From: Octopus sinensis
Lineage: Eukaryota
Reading direction: 5' to 3'
Assembly: GCF_006345805.1 (NCBI RefSeq)
Contig: NC_043011.1
Coordinates: 7,502,001-7,566,000 of the forward strand
Length of the DNA stretch: 64,000 nucleotides
Numbering within the stretch: the stretch's first letter is position 1; each line of letters starts with the position of its first letter. Positions 1-13,100 of the stretch are shown in pieces. The notes below the pieces were generated by a model. That model had not been told where the DNA came from. It ran no database searches and saw only the letters and a program-made list of their open reading frames with translations. Made by a program: the position numbers and the translations under genes.

Positions 1-119
1 AAGGTAGCAGTTAACCAGTCTGGCGGCTATGGAAACTTCAAGTTTCTGCTCATGAATTATTGAGGATCACAAGAAGCTCTGCACCGTCAGTGTCCAGTTA
101 GTTGGTATTGTACATCTAA

Positions 120-352
120 GGCGGTGAGCTGGCAGAATCGTTAGCACCTCGGGCAAAATGCTTACCAGTATTTTGTCTGCCACTAAGTTCTGAGTTCAAA
201 TTCCACCGAGGTCGACTTTGCCTTTCATCCTTTTGGGGTCGATTAAATAAGTACCAGTTACGCACTGGGGTCGATATAATCGACTTAATCCGTTTGTCTG
301 TCCTTGTTTATCCCCTCTCTGTTTAGCCCCTTCTGGGTAGTAAAGAAATAGG
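120..352 (+). mobile_element. tRNA-derived SINE family B (head GGCGGYGAGCTGGCAGAA, core GACTTTGCCTTTCATCCTTTCGGGGTCGAT)
   Basis: A-box/B-box-like head (TGGCAGAATCG...GAGTTCAAATTCC); other copies at 1702-1935, 10818-11050(-), 42861-43092, 58906-59305, 61298-61697. Confidence 0.8.
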
Positions 353-404
353 TATTGTACACCTATGTATGTGTGTGTATATATATTTATTGTTTTAATT
401 GTTT

Positions 405-768
405 ATTTGTTTGTTATTTGACTGCAGCCATGCTGGAGCACTGCCTTTAGTTGAGCAAATCGACCCTAGGACTTATTCTTTGTGAGTCTAGTACTTATTC
501 TATCAGTGTCTGCTGAACCGGTAAGTTACGGGGATGTAAAACACAACCGGCACCGGTTGTCAAGCGATGTTGCAGGGACAGACAACCAACATATATATAT
601 ATATACGATGGGCTTCTTTCAGTTTCCGTCTACTAAATCCACTCACAAGGCTTTGATCGGCCTGAGGCTATAGTAGAGGATACTTGCCCAGGATGTCACG
701 CAGTGGGACTGAACCTGGAACCATGTGGTTGGTAAGCAAGCTACTTACCACACAGCCACTCCTGCACC
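405..768 (-). mobile_element. tRNA-derived SINE family A (head GCAGGAGTGGCTGTGTGGTAAG, internal TA/TG microsatellite)
   Basis: Pol III-like boxes (TGGCTGTGTGG, GGTTCAGTCCC); about 15 related copies in the window. Confidence 0.8.
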
Positions 769-999
769 TATATGTGTATATATATGTATACATATATATA
801 CACATATATGTAGATATATATACTCGCATACATACACACACACATACATACATGTATGTATTTATGTATAAGTATGTGGCTATAATATCTATATAGCTAT
901 CTACACATGCACACAGGTGCAAAAAATCAGTCCAAAGCCATTACATGTGTGTGATCTTCAAATAGTAAACTTATTTAAATGAAATACAGGTGCATCTGT

Positions 1000-1535
1000 C
1001 ATCATCGTTTAGCGTCTGTTTTCCATGCTGGCATGGGTTGGACAGATTGACTGGTGTCTGGGAAGCCAGGCGGCTGCACCAGGCCCCAATCTGATCTGGC
1101 AGTGTTTCTACAGCTGGATGCCCTTCCTAAAGCCAACCACTCTGAGAGTGTGGTGGGTGCTTTTTACATGCCTCCAGCACAGGGGCCAGGGAGGGCTGAC
1201 ATCGACCACGATCGAATGGTGCTTTTTATGTGCCACTGGCACAGAAGCCAGTCAAAGCAGCACCGGCATCAACCACAATCAGATGGTGCTTTTTTATGTG
1301 CCACCGGCATGGAAGCCAGTCAAAGCGCCATTGGGATCGGCCACATTCGGATGGTGCTTTTTACATGCTAACAGCATGGGGTCGCAACTAGAATTTCCAT
1401 TGATATTGATGTTGATGTACCTGACTCAATAGGTCACCTCAAGCATGGCATGTCACCCTACGATCCAAGGTACTTTTAAGTGGGCAGGTTATGCAACACT
1501 AGTATAGGTTACAGCTGTGAACTCATTTTATTTGT
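1000..1535 (-). mobile_element. RTE-like retroelement 3' end (family C) with internal AAAAGCACC subrepeats and (GAT)n tail
   Basis: Shared terminus GCATGGAAA..GGACGTTAAACGATGATG with many copies in the window. Confidence 0.7.
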
Positions 1536-1978
1536 TAGTATAAATGATGCAATTTTATTAGTATGTACTGTGCCAGGTGTGTTCAAGGTAGCAGTTACCA
1601 GTCTGGCGGCTATGGAAACTTCAAGTTTCTGCTCATGAATTATTGAGGATCACAAGAAGCTCTGCACCGTCAGTGTCCAGTTAGTTGGTATTGTACATCT
1701 AAGGCGGTGAGCTGGCAGAATCGTTAGCACCTCGGGCAAAATGCTTACCAGTATTTTGTCTGCCACTAAGTTCTGAGTTCAAATTCCACCGAGGTCGACT
1801 TTGCCTTTCATCCTTTTGGGGTCGATTAAATAAGTACCAGTTACGCACTGGGGTCGATATAATCGACTTAATCCGTTTGTCTGTCCTTGTTTATCCCCTC
1901 TCTGTTTAGCCCCTTCTGGGTAGTAAAGAAATAGGTATTGTACACCTATGTATGTGTGTGTATATACAAACACACCCA

Positions 1979-2200
1979 TACACGAAGGGGTGGTAAAAAG
2001 TTATTGGTTTTAAGGGTGTCATGAAGGGCCTGGTTGGTGACCCAACCTTCCAAGTTCTTTTACAGGGCTTAGAAAAACTGAAGGACCGCTGCAATAAGTG
2101 TGTGAATCTGAGAGGGGGAATACATTGCATAAAATTGTAATTGATCCCCCTGAATTTAGCCGTTTCTCCATAGATTGAAAAAAAAATGATGAATACTCTT
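1979..2200 (+). mobile_element. Mariner-like remnant
   Basis: Encodes GLEKLKDRCNKCVNLRG, resembling a mariner transposase C-terminus, next to a TIR-like ACGAAGGGGTGGTAAAAAGTT. Confidence 0.45.
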
Positions 2201-2291
2201 AATCGATTTTCGAATCTTATTGGATTCTTGTCTGTATGTGTATCTGTATCTATCTGTGGGTGTGTTTATATTTATCTATGTGTGTGCATGT

Positions 2292-2359
<68 letters not shown>

Positions 2360-2365
<6 letters not shown>

Positions 2366-2823
2366 AAATGGAAAGATGAATTATCTTGTTACGGATTATT
2401 CAAAAGTTTAACCGATACCCTGAATTCTTAAAATATTCAGAACATTAACTTTGGTCACACAGAACATCTCCACACCCCTTGTTCTCATTAATTCCTCACC
2501 TACTAGATTTGACCGCGGCCTGACCTGGATTTATTCCAACGGACCTTTTGTCGGCCCCCACCAACCCCCCGATTTCAACGTACATTGATAAACATTTTAC
2601 CCATGGGCTCTTAAGGAGTGTCCTCGTTCGAATTGCTTTGCTGCGCCTTTGTTTTGTTTTGTTCTGACAACGTAATTCCTGGTTTTTCCTGAAGAGAAAG
2701 CTGCAATATGGTATCCTTATTTAATCAGAATTTGGAAAATTGTGGCCTTTGAAACATGTGTAGAATGTAATAAAAGGAATTCTGTACAATCTTCGTTCAA
2801 CTCCATTTCTTCCATTCACTAAT

Positions 2824-2886
<63 letters not shown>

Positions 2887-3343
2887 ATTGTTGAAATGGA
2901 AGATGAATTATCTTGTTACGGATTATTCAAAAGTTTAACCGATACCCTGAATTCTTAAAATATTCAGAACATTAACTTTGGTCACACAGAACATCTCCAC
3001 ACCCCTTGTTCTCATTAATTCCTCACCTACTAGATTTGACCGCGCCTGACCTGGATTTATTCCAACGGACCTTTTGTCGGCCCCCACCAACCCCCCGATT
3101 TCAACGTACATTGATAAACATTTTACCCATGGGCTCTTAAGGAGTGTCCTCGTTCGAATTGCTTTGCTGCGCCTTGTTTTGTTTTGTTCTGACAACGTAA
3201 TTCCTGGTTTTTCCTGAGAGAAAGCTGCAATATGGTACCCTTATTTAATCAGAATTTGGAAAATTGTGGCCTTTGAAACATGTGTAGAATGTAATAAAAG
3301 GAATTCTGTACAATCTTCGTTCAACTCCATTTCTTCCATTCAC

Positions 3344-3350
<7 letters not shown>
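2360..3350 (+). repeat. Tandem pair of ~465-bp units (2360-2825, 2889-3350) between (TA)n runs; Penelope pLTR/retrozyme-like
   Basis: Near-identical copies, each with a hammerhead-like motif followed by AATAAA. Confidence 0.75.
2686..2765 (+). ncRNA. Putative minimal type-I hammerhead ribozyme
   Basis: TTC-CTGAAGA-stem II (GAAAGCTGCAAT/ATTGTGGCCTTT)-GAAA-C-ATGT-G-TA-GAA; predicted cleavage after GUA (2762). Confidence 0.55.
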
Positions 3351-3387
<37 letters not shown>

Positions 3388-3434
3388 GTGTTGTTGTCGT
3401 TCCATTTATTTTTTCCCTTTAAAACTTATTCCAG

Positions 3435-3578
3435 AGTTCCCAAATTACCAATTGCCATTGAAAACACTGCTGCCCTCATTCGTGCAAGTGTGGAACATCG
3501 TCAAGATGCCACTTCTGGTCAGACAGACTGGGAATCGAACCACAAACTGAGAAATCTCTACGGATTAGCATTGATTAG
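3435..3578 (+). CDS. LAS1L: LAS1L exon ([21 protein letters not shown]...[11 protein letters not shown])
   Basis: ttattccag acceptor, AG|gtaatt donor; Las1 N-terminal domain motif. Confidence 0.9.
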
Positions 3579-6500
3579 GTAATTATAAAGTTTGGTTCAT
3601 CATTATCTCTTTCATATGCACGTTTGTTCCATGTTTGCATGCTTCAGAAAGAATTTGTTGTGGCAGATTCTCTCTGGCCAGATGTTTTTCCTGTTGCCAC
3701 TCATCACCTGTTTCCAAGTAAGGTAAATATTTTCCCATGGCCAGACATATTTTCATGGCAGATTGGAAACACACAACCCTGATGGTTTGATGCTGCATCG
3801 AGGCAAAGCAGGGAGGACTGGTGGAGATCTGAAGATAAGACCTTTTGTTGCCTAATTTTTGTTCTAAATATTAGCTTCACTGGTATTTAATTCATTGACC
3901 TCCGAAAGGGTAATGTCGACCTTGGTGGAATTTGAACTCAGAACATTGAAGACAGAAGAAATACCATTAAGCATTTCGCCAGGTACGCGTGCACACACAC
4001 ACACACACACACAGTGGGTTTCATATGTATGTTCATCATCATCATTTTAAACTCCTCTTTTTCATGATTGAATGGGTTCAGCAGAGTTTGTTCCTTCTCA
4101 AGCCACACCTGGCTTATAAGGGCTGGTTTCCTGGATTCATTGATGTATAGGTTCCCCACCTGGACGGGATGCCGGTCCATCACAGGTGAGCTGCAAGATG
4201 CAGGAAGAAAGAGTGAGAGAAAGTTGTAGTGAAAGAGTCAGCAGAAGTTTCGCCATTACCTTCTGCCGAAGACGCTTGGAGCTCAGGTGTTTCGCTCATA
4301 AACACACACATCGCCCGGTCTGAGATTCGAAGCCGCGAGCCCGCTGCTCTAATCACTAGGCCACGTGCCACAACTCAGCAGAGTTTACTGAGGACATTTC
4401 CATAGTGGCACTTGCAAGCCTCCTTCTTTGCAAGTGAGTACATCAGCCATGCGCGTACATGCTTCTCTCTATGTCACATCACGATTTTCTTCTGACATGT
4501 AAGCTAAAAATATGCGAAGTGTGGATTCTGTTGGTTGGCCCTAGCACTTTTATGTTCTGAGTTCAAATCCTGCTTTAGTCAATTTCACCTTTCATATCAT
4601 TTCACAGTTGACACAGTGAAGTGCCATTCGGGTGCTGGGGTCAATATTCATTTGACTGACCCCCCCCCCCCCTTCATCTCAAATTTCTAGCCTTGTTTCT
4701 ATGTTAGAAAATTATTATTACTGCACCTTTTTCTTTTTTTTTCTTTTTTCTTCAGATTCATCAACCACATAACAGAGACGAAACAGAATAAAGTCTATGC
4801 ACGCTCACTTATATCCATTGCCAAAGAGGTCAGTTCTACATAAAAACAAAAAAAAAAACATTTGATGTTTCTCTTGTAATTATCTTTACATTTATTGACA
4901 TTATTTATAAAGTGTACACATGTTGTATAAGGTGTATACATGTAGTATAAAGTGTATGCATGTAGTTTAAGGTGTAAACATGTTGTATAAGGTGTATACA
5001 TGTATAAAATGTATACATGTATAAAGTATACATGTTGTATAAAGTGTATACATGTTGTATAAAGTGTATACATGTTGTGTAAGGTGTATACATGTAAGAA
5101 TACAAACTTTGAATGAGGGAATTATATTTCTGGCAGGATTTTGGATTTGTGGTGGTGCTTTATCTTCTGCCTTTTCAGTCATTAGACTGCGGCCATGCTG
5201 GAGCACTGCCTTGGAGAATTTTTAGTTGAATGAATCGATCCCGGGACTTATTTTTAGTTTTTGTAAGCTTGGCACTTATTTTGTTGGTCTTTTTCCCACA
5301 AATCAGTATGTCATGGGGATGTAAACACACCAACACTGGTTAAGTGGTGGTGGGGAAAACAGACACACACACACGCATACGTATATGATGGGCTTCTTTT
5401 GGTTTCCGTCTACCAAATCTACTCACAAGGTTTTGGTCAGCCCAAGGCTATAGTAGAAGACACATCATCATCATTGTTCGACCGTGGTTGAGACAATGGA
5501 ATTTACCATGCTACGCCTGACTTCACGGTCCATCATGGCATTACGGAGGTCCTGTTGCTGGATGCCTGTATCCTTGGAGATTACATCAGGGTAGGAGAGT
5601 GTGCGCCCTCTAGTATTGCGAGTAGATGGCTTCCAGAGGAGAAGAGTAGAAATTACCTCTTTTTCAGCTCTACAACAATGTCCAACAAACTGAACTCTTC
5701 TACCTTTAAAACATTAAAAAAAAAACATTGACTAAATCATGGCTTGGAGACAACAGTTTATTAAAAAAAAGCTGCCCACAGTTCCCACCATGGCCTCCCT
5801 TCAGAAGGCTCTGGAACTTGGCACATGCATTCCTCACTACCCCTGGGAAGATCTTCAAACACCTTCATGATCTTGGCCTTGATGTAACAAGCAGAATGGA
5901 CAGTGTCTTTCTCAACCATACCTCACACATAGTAATCCATGGGATTTGCAATTGGAGGGAATTAGGGGTCTAGAAAATGGGGTTGGTGAAGTTGTAGAAA
6001 TTTTTCAACAATCTCTACTAAAACTTTTTAGGGGTATGACTGCTCCTTTCTTTCTTATTTTTGTCTCTGACATAATGCATCTAGCATTATTTTGTCTACC
6101 TGTTCCTTTTCTTAAAATGTTACGGTAGGATTTGAAGGTGATATGGCTGCTATTTCTGCTGGAGGCGACCACATCAACCCGTGGACATGTTTACAAAGTC
6201 AGAAAACAGCACAGCTCCCATGACTTCAGGAAACATTTTTTCACGCTGAGAGTTGCTGAAGCATGGAACAAACTGCTGGCATCAGTTGTTAGTTGTCGGA
6301 GCACTGCATCCTTCAAAACTTCCATGCTTCCTGAGATTCGCCAACATTACACCTGATTTTCTGCCCTCCACACACAAGCAAACATGTATCTGACTCATAC
6401 ACTGTTCGCTTCACAGACATTTGTACATTACTGCATATGCTTTATATGCACTTTTGATAAGTTGTGGTGCACCTGAGCACTAAATACAATAATTTCATTA

Positions 6501-6835
6501 TTATTATTTTAAGATCTTAGAAGCATAAAACATGGCGTCGATGGTTTAATGCCTAAAGGGAGATAATCACCAGACTTTTAATATTTAAAAAAAATTTTTG
6601 TTTCTCTTGCTGTCCGAATACTCTTTTTTTTCTCTTTTACTTGTTTCAGTCATTTGACTGCGGCCATGTTGGAGCACCACCTTTAGTCGAGCAAATCGAC
6701 CCCGGGACTTATTCTTTGTAAGCCCAGTACTTATTCTATCGGTCTCTTTTGCCGAACCGCTAAGTGACGGGGACATAAACACACCAGCATCGGTTGTCAA
6801 GCAATGCTAGGGGGACAAACACAGACACACAAACA

Positions 6836-6897
<62 letters not shown>

Positions 6898-8126
6898 TAC
6901 GACGGGCTTCTTTCAGTTTCCGTCTACCAAACCCACTCACAAGGCTTTGGTTGGCCCGGGGCTATAGCAGAAGACACTTGCCCGTTGAGGATTAAACGTT
7001 ATTTAACCCGGGGCGAATTATTTATTTCTGGCCCAACATTTTTATGTTCGAATTATATTTATGGATATTTTTATTCACAGCTCGGTCTTCCTGAATGGTT
7101 GATAGAACTGCGTCACAGTGCCACCCACAACAAGCTGCCCTCACTGGAAATCGTATGTACGGCTGTCGATTGTAGTCTCAATTATTTACAGGTTGGTCGG
7201 TTCTTTCTCTCTCATTGTTTGTACGTCTTTCATTCATTTTGGTCAGGCAGTTTGTTGCAGATAGGAGGAAGGGATTTGTAGGGGGTTGGGGTATTATTAT
7301 AAGGGCTAAGGGTGCTTGTAGGGATTAATGGGCGTTGGGGTGCCGCTGGTTTGAGGATGACTTACTCCTTTTCGCCCGCCAGTTTTAGGAGCTGTGTAAA
7401 ATTTTGTTAAGGGTACCACCTTCCCACCCTGATGGTATGGTACCTCACCCCCACCCCCATCGTGGTCTGATTTGTGCCCAGCTGTGTCAGGTTCTGTGGA
7501 ATCTTAAGGCCTAACTTTCTAGCATCACTTATGAACTAGAAAACGCCATGGTGTATGTATTTCATGTCAAGACATAAGTTCTGAGGTTAAGTTGAGAAAC
7601 TGCGAAGCACATGGCTGGGAAGCAAGCTTCTCAGGTACGCAACGATGTCTGCACCTATGGACACCTGCTCTGAATACCATGCAGTGGGGCTGAACCCCCA
7701 AACTGCCTAGTTGGCAAACAAGCTTCTCAACCTGTAGTCACCCTCCACCTAACAACAACAATTTCATTGGGCCATTTTTTTTTGCTTCTCAACTCTTTCT
7801 TTGGAAGAGTGTAGGCTTGAAACATCAAAGAATTTTCCATTCTTCCCTAGTCAGGCAGACCTGGCAATGACCATGTTTGGATGGTGCTTTTTACGTGCCA
7901 CTGGCTACGTTTGGATGGTGATATATATATATATATATATAAAAAGCACCAATCAATTGTGGCCGTTGCCAGCCTCCTCTGGCCCCTGCGTCGGTGGCAT
8001 GTAAAAAAAACACCCACTACACTGACAGAGTGGTTGGCATTAGGAAGGGCATCCAGCTGTAGAAACACTGCCAGATCAGACTGGCAACCTATGCTAGCAT
8101 GGAAAACGGACGTTAAACGATGATAG

Positions 8127-8183
<57 letters not shown>

Positions 8184-9600
8184 GCGATGGTTTTTGATAG
8201 ACAGCATCGATTTTTACAATTCTGTAAATAATAATAGTATTTTATAAGCTTAAAGCTTATAAGTAAGCTCCGTGCAATAACTAAAGAAAATAGTCTAATA
8301 ATGGGGCACATAAGTTCTCAATGGAAATCAAGTAGGGTTTCCTAAACGCATGGGACTCAAACCCAAATCTTTTTGTTTCTGTGACAAGTGTGTTAATCCT
8401 TTACACCAGTGTACAATCTGGGTCTTTGGGTATTGTGTAAAACAATCTTATTAACCATGTTTTATTTTGTTCTCTATTAATTGCCTTAAAATGGAGTATA
8501 TATTTCTTCTAATATATTTTCAGGAAAATTTCTGGACCAAACAAATCCAACGCGAAGAAAACCAAGTTTATCACGATAAACCATTGAAAGATTTCATAAG
8601 GACCATGTTGATTGATTACCAGCAATGCCAGTTTGAAGTAAGACCTGTTTATATTTATATATATATATGTGTGTGTGTGTGTGTATATATATATATACAT
8701 GCACAGACATGCAGGAAGTAAATAGACACTTTTAATTTTCAAAATCTTTTATTTGATATTAATTGGTTGAAGGAGAGGTTTTCTTCTAGCTACTTGTCCA
8801 TAATACCCACGATTATGCAGATATGTAACACACGTTCTTGGACTAACTTCTAGCTGTTTTGCAATCTCATAAGCCTTTGAACAGGGTTCGTTTTCCACAA
8901 TTCTCTTCAAACAGCGAAGCTTCCTTTCCGAGGGCCCAGGTCGGCCTGGACGAGAATCTGTTGATTCTTTTCCTTGGCTTTTGAATTGCACTATAATTCT
9001 ATTGACAGTAGCAAGAAGAATCTGAAGATTTTCGGCAATTTTTCACTGGCTAAGACCAGCTTCAGATTGCCCAACAATACGACCTCTTTGAAAATCTGAC
9101 AGTTCTGCTGAATTTTTTTTGCGTGGCATGGTTACTCTTCGCAAATGTTCAATATAATGGTACCTGGAATGAAAAAGAATAATTACATCGTAAATTCTAC
9201 ACCGCTGGAAACATATTAAGACGTTTAGATCAGAAATTTTGAAAATTAAAGGTGTCTATTTACTTCCTGCATGTCTGTGTGTGTGTGTGTGTGTGTATAT
9301 ATATACACATAAGCCTTGTGAATAGATTTGTCAGGTGGAAAATTTAAAGAAGCCCATTGTGTGTGAATGCATACACACATATACTCACAGACGTTCCTTT
9401 TTTAGAAAGTTTGAGCAATTCTCCGCAAATAGGAGGAAGAAAAAGCTGAAAGAAATGGAACTTTACCCATTGGAAATAAAACTGTCCGAACAGGAACACG
9501 AAACTCTGAGTAACAGGTTTTGTGATATTTTTGCTGCTTTTTGATAAAAAGTACATACATATATATATATCATCATCATTTAACGTCCGTTTTCCATGCT

Positions 9601-9645
<45 letters not shown>

Positions 9646-9729
9646 ACATGCACTCAAATATATATATATATATATATATATAGTTTTATGTTTTCCAGTT
9701 TCAGCTCTTGAGCTGTGGCCATGCTGGGG

Positions 9730-9773
<44 letters not shown>

Positions 9774-9890
9774 TATACATATGTATGTGTATATATTGTT
9801 TACTATTCCATTTTAGGTAGGATCAACAAAATAAGAAACTCCATCCAGTGAGAGATAGACATCACTTGTGAGTGTGTGTGTGTAGATGGA

Positions 9891-9925
<35 letters not shown>

Positions 9926-10139
9926 TTTATTTAAAGCAGCAGAAAATTCAACAAACCTGTTACTCTGAGTTTCACGTTTCCCGTTCGTCGGACAAAAAAC
10001 TGTCCGACAAACGGGAACGTGAAACTCAGAGTAACAGGTTTTGTTGAATTTTCTGCTGCTTTAAATAAAGCATATTACTCTACCCCTGGTATTTGAGTAC
10101 TCTTTCTTCCACCTTGTTTCACATCTATGTGTTTACTCC

Positions 10140-10182
<43 letters not shown>

Positions 10183-13100
10183 GAAATTATTCGTAGTGAA
10201 TGGAAACAAACGATATGAAGACTAATTAATTAATTAGGTTTTTCATTTTACTTTTTTTCTGTCAATTGTTTTTTCTAGTTAATCCAGTCTAAAAGAAGAG
10301 ATGGTAAACAGAAACTGAAGCAGTTACTGGAAGGGATGAGGATGATACTGAACGAGACCAAGTAAGTAGAGAGGAGGAGGAGGAGGGTGTTTGAATAAGG
10401 GGTCTTGTTGCCGGTGGAAAAGGGGCAGCAGTGTCTGTACCACTCAGGGGGAATATATACATCTTCATCATCATCATCCTTCATCATCTGTTGGCATCGC
10501 TTGGAGCTGGCAAACCAGAGTTGCACCAGGCTCCAATTTTCTGTTTTGTCATAGTTTTTATGGCTGGCTGCCCTTCCTAATGCCCACCACTTTGCATGGT
10601 ATACTACGTGTTTTATACATGGCACCAGCATGAGTGCTCTATATGTGGTGCTGGCACAAATGCTCTACTGGTGCTTTTTATCTAGTGCCTGTATGAGTCC
10701 TTTATAAGTGGCACTGGCATGGGTGTTTTATATGTGGTTCCTGCACGGGTGCCATATGTGTGGCACCAGAGCTGTTTGAAGATATTGGGTATTTTGATTC
10801 AGTATTTTCTACCTTACCTATTTCTTTACTACTCACAAGGGGCTAAACACAGAGGGGACAAACAAGGACAGACAAACGGATTAAGTCGATTACATCGACC
10901 CCAGTGCATAACTGGTACTTAATTTATCGACCCCGGAAAGATGAAAGGCAAAGTCGACCTCGGCAGAATTTGAACTCAGAACGTAACGGCAGACGAAATT
11001 CCGCTAAGCATTTCGCCCGGTATGCTAACGTTTCTGCCAGCTCGCCGCCTTATATTTTCTACCTTACCCGACTCATCAGTTACCACTTACCCACACCTAC
11101 CAACTGTACCCACATGCTAGGAAGGAACCTTACTCCTTTAGCATTCAGATTACTCCTTATTTATTCCCATTGTTTTGACTTAATCCTGGATTATCTCACA
11201 ACCTTGAGATTTTGCTGATGTGATTGTCTGTTTTCAGAATGACATTGTTGGATTGGTTTGAGAGGCTGGATCTGGCCAGTTTGAATATAAAACAATGTTT
11301 GGGCCAGATATGGCTAGTTTAAGGGGTTAAACTGTGGTTCCATTTGCACAACCATGCCTACACCTAAAACGTATTTCTTCATTTTCTTCCTCTTTATTCT
11401 GTGTTCTAACGAGTTTCCAGCATCCTGCTACTCATATGTTCTGCATCATCATCATCATCGTCATTATAATGCTACAGTCACGCTGTATTTGTCATGCCTG
11501 GAACATTTAAGAATTCTTTAGTCAGACCAGATATCTGGTGTTAAGAAGGGCGTAAAAAGCACCACCCGAACGTGGCCGATGCCAGTGCTGCCTTGGCTGG
11601 TTTCCATGCCGGTGGCTCGTAAAAAGCACCAACCAATTGTGGCCGTTGCCAGCCTCCTTTGGCCCCTGTGCCGGTGGCATGTAAAAAAACACCTACTACA
11701 CTCACGGAGTGGTTGGCGTTAGGAAGGGCATCCAGCTGTAGAAACACTGCCAGATCAGACAATTGGAACTTGGTGCTGCCAGTTTCTCTCAAATTGTCAA
11801 ACCGTCCAATCCATGCCAGCATAGAAAACGGAAGTTAAGTGATGATGATGATGATGATAATGCACATTCCCCTCCCCCCCTATCCCACAAATGTCTTGAA
11901 AAATCACTCTGGGTTCTGTATGTGAAGTTGGGGATCCCATAAGCTTTGATGCAATAAAAATTTGTTTTCTGAATATGTATCTTTTAGGTCCTCAAATTTG
12001 GTAATAGAAGGAAGAGGACGATTGTGTAAGGCTCAAATAGAAATAGTCAAATTCAGAAAACATCCATACAAACGTATTTTGAATGGATGTAAAAATGGTA
12101 AACGTGACAATGATAATAACTCTGAGCACCTTTTCAAACTCCACCCGTGGACATATTTACAAAGTTAGAAAACAGCACAGCTCCCATAACTTTAGGAAAC
12201 ATTTTTTCACGCTGAGAGTTGCTGAAGCATGGAACAAACTGCCGGCATCAATTGTTAGTTGTCGGATCACTGCATCCTTCAAAACTTCCATGCTTCCTGT
12301 GATTCGCCAACACTACACCTGATTTTCTCCCCTCCACACACACGCGAGCATGTATCTGACTCATACACTGTTCGCTTCACAGACATTTGTACATTACTAT
12401 GTATGCTTTATATGCACTTTTGACAAGTTGTGGTGCACCTGAGCACTGTATACAATAATTTCATTATTATTATATGATAGTTGATCAACATTTCCAGCCT
12501 GGCAAGGAAGGGAGATAACTCTGGGTATACTTCATTCTGATTGCAAATCGTCAGTGATGCTGCCCTCTATCATAAACTGGCTGAAATATGAGCAGCCCTT
12601 ATGCGGGTGTTTGGAGCATAACATGAAATTCTGATGAAAAGTTTGAATTTAGATCACTTCAACTCTTTTCTTACCATATTTCTGCTAAAATTCAATGTCT
12701 ATGTTTCAATTAATTTTGAGGTTAAATAGCTTTGTTGTTATTAAGCACCTGTTTGGGACATGAAAGCTTGATGGAAGGTTTTAATTTAGATCACTTTAAA
12801 AAGCAGAATTCTGTATCTTAGGACTAAAGATAGTCTGAAGCAGGTTGGTACCTTTGAAGGACTAATGCCACAGGTTGGTGCAAATAGTTGAAATGAGCTG
12901 CCAGTGATGGCTCTAATGGTATAAAATCCAGTAAAATAGTTTGGTTGTGGTTATATTATGACGTGGAGTGTTCTTGGGAATAATGAGCCACAGGTAAGTT
13001 GTGATTTTTATGAAAACATCTTGAAGGTGTGACTGTGTTTTAAGAAGCTTACTTCCCAACTACATGGTTCCAGGTTCAGTCCCACTGTCAGGCACCTTGG

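Larger units (their letters stand above)
1..1966 (+). repeat. Near-identical direct duplication: 1-382 repeated at 1585-1966
   Basis: Same unique+SINE sequence; the only difference I found is a 1-nt indel. Confidence 0.9.

Noticed and set aside
1025-1432. Recurrent ORFs such as '[12 protein letters not shown]' or '[11 protein letters not shown]' as a gene family
   Set aside because: They are translations of the abundant family C and SINE A repeats.
1577-1690. Missing upstream LAS1L exon
   Set aside because: The frames I read after the AG at 1575-1576 stop early or lack Las1 N-terminal motifs; the 5' exons are presumably upstream of the window.
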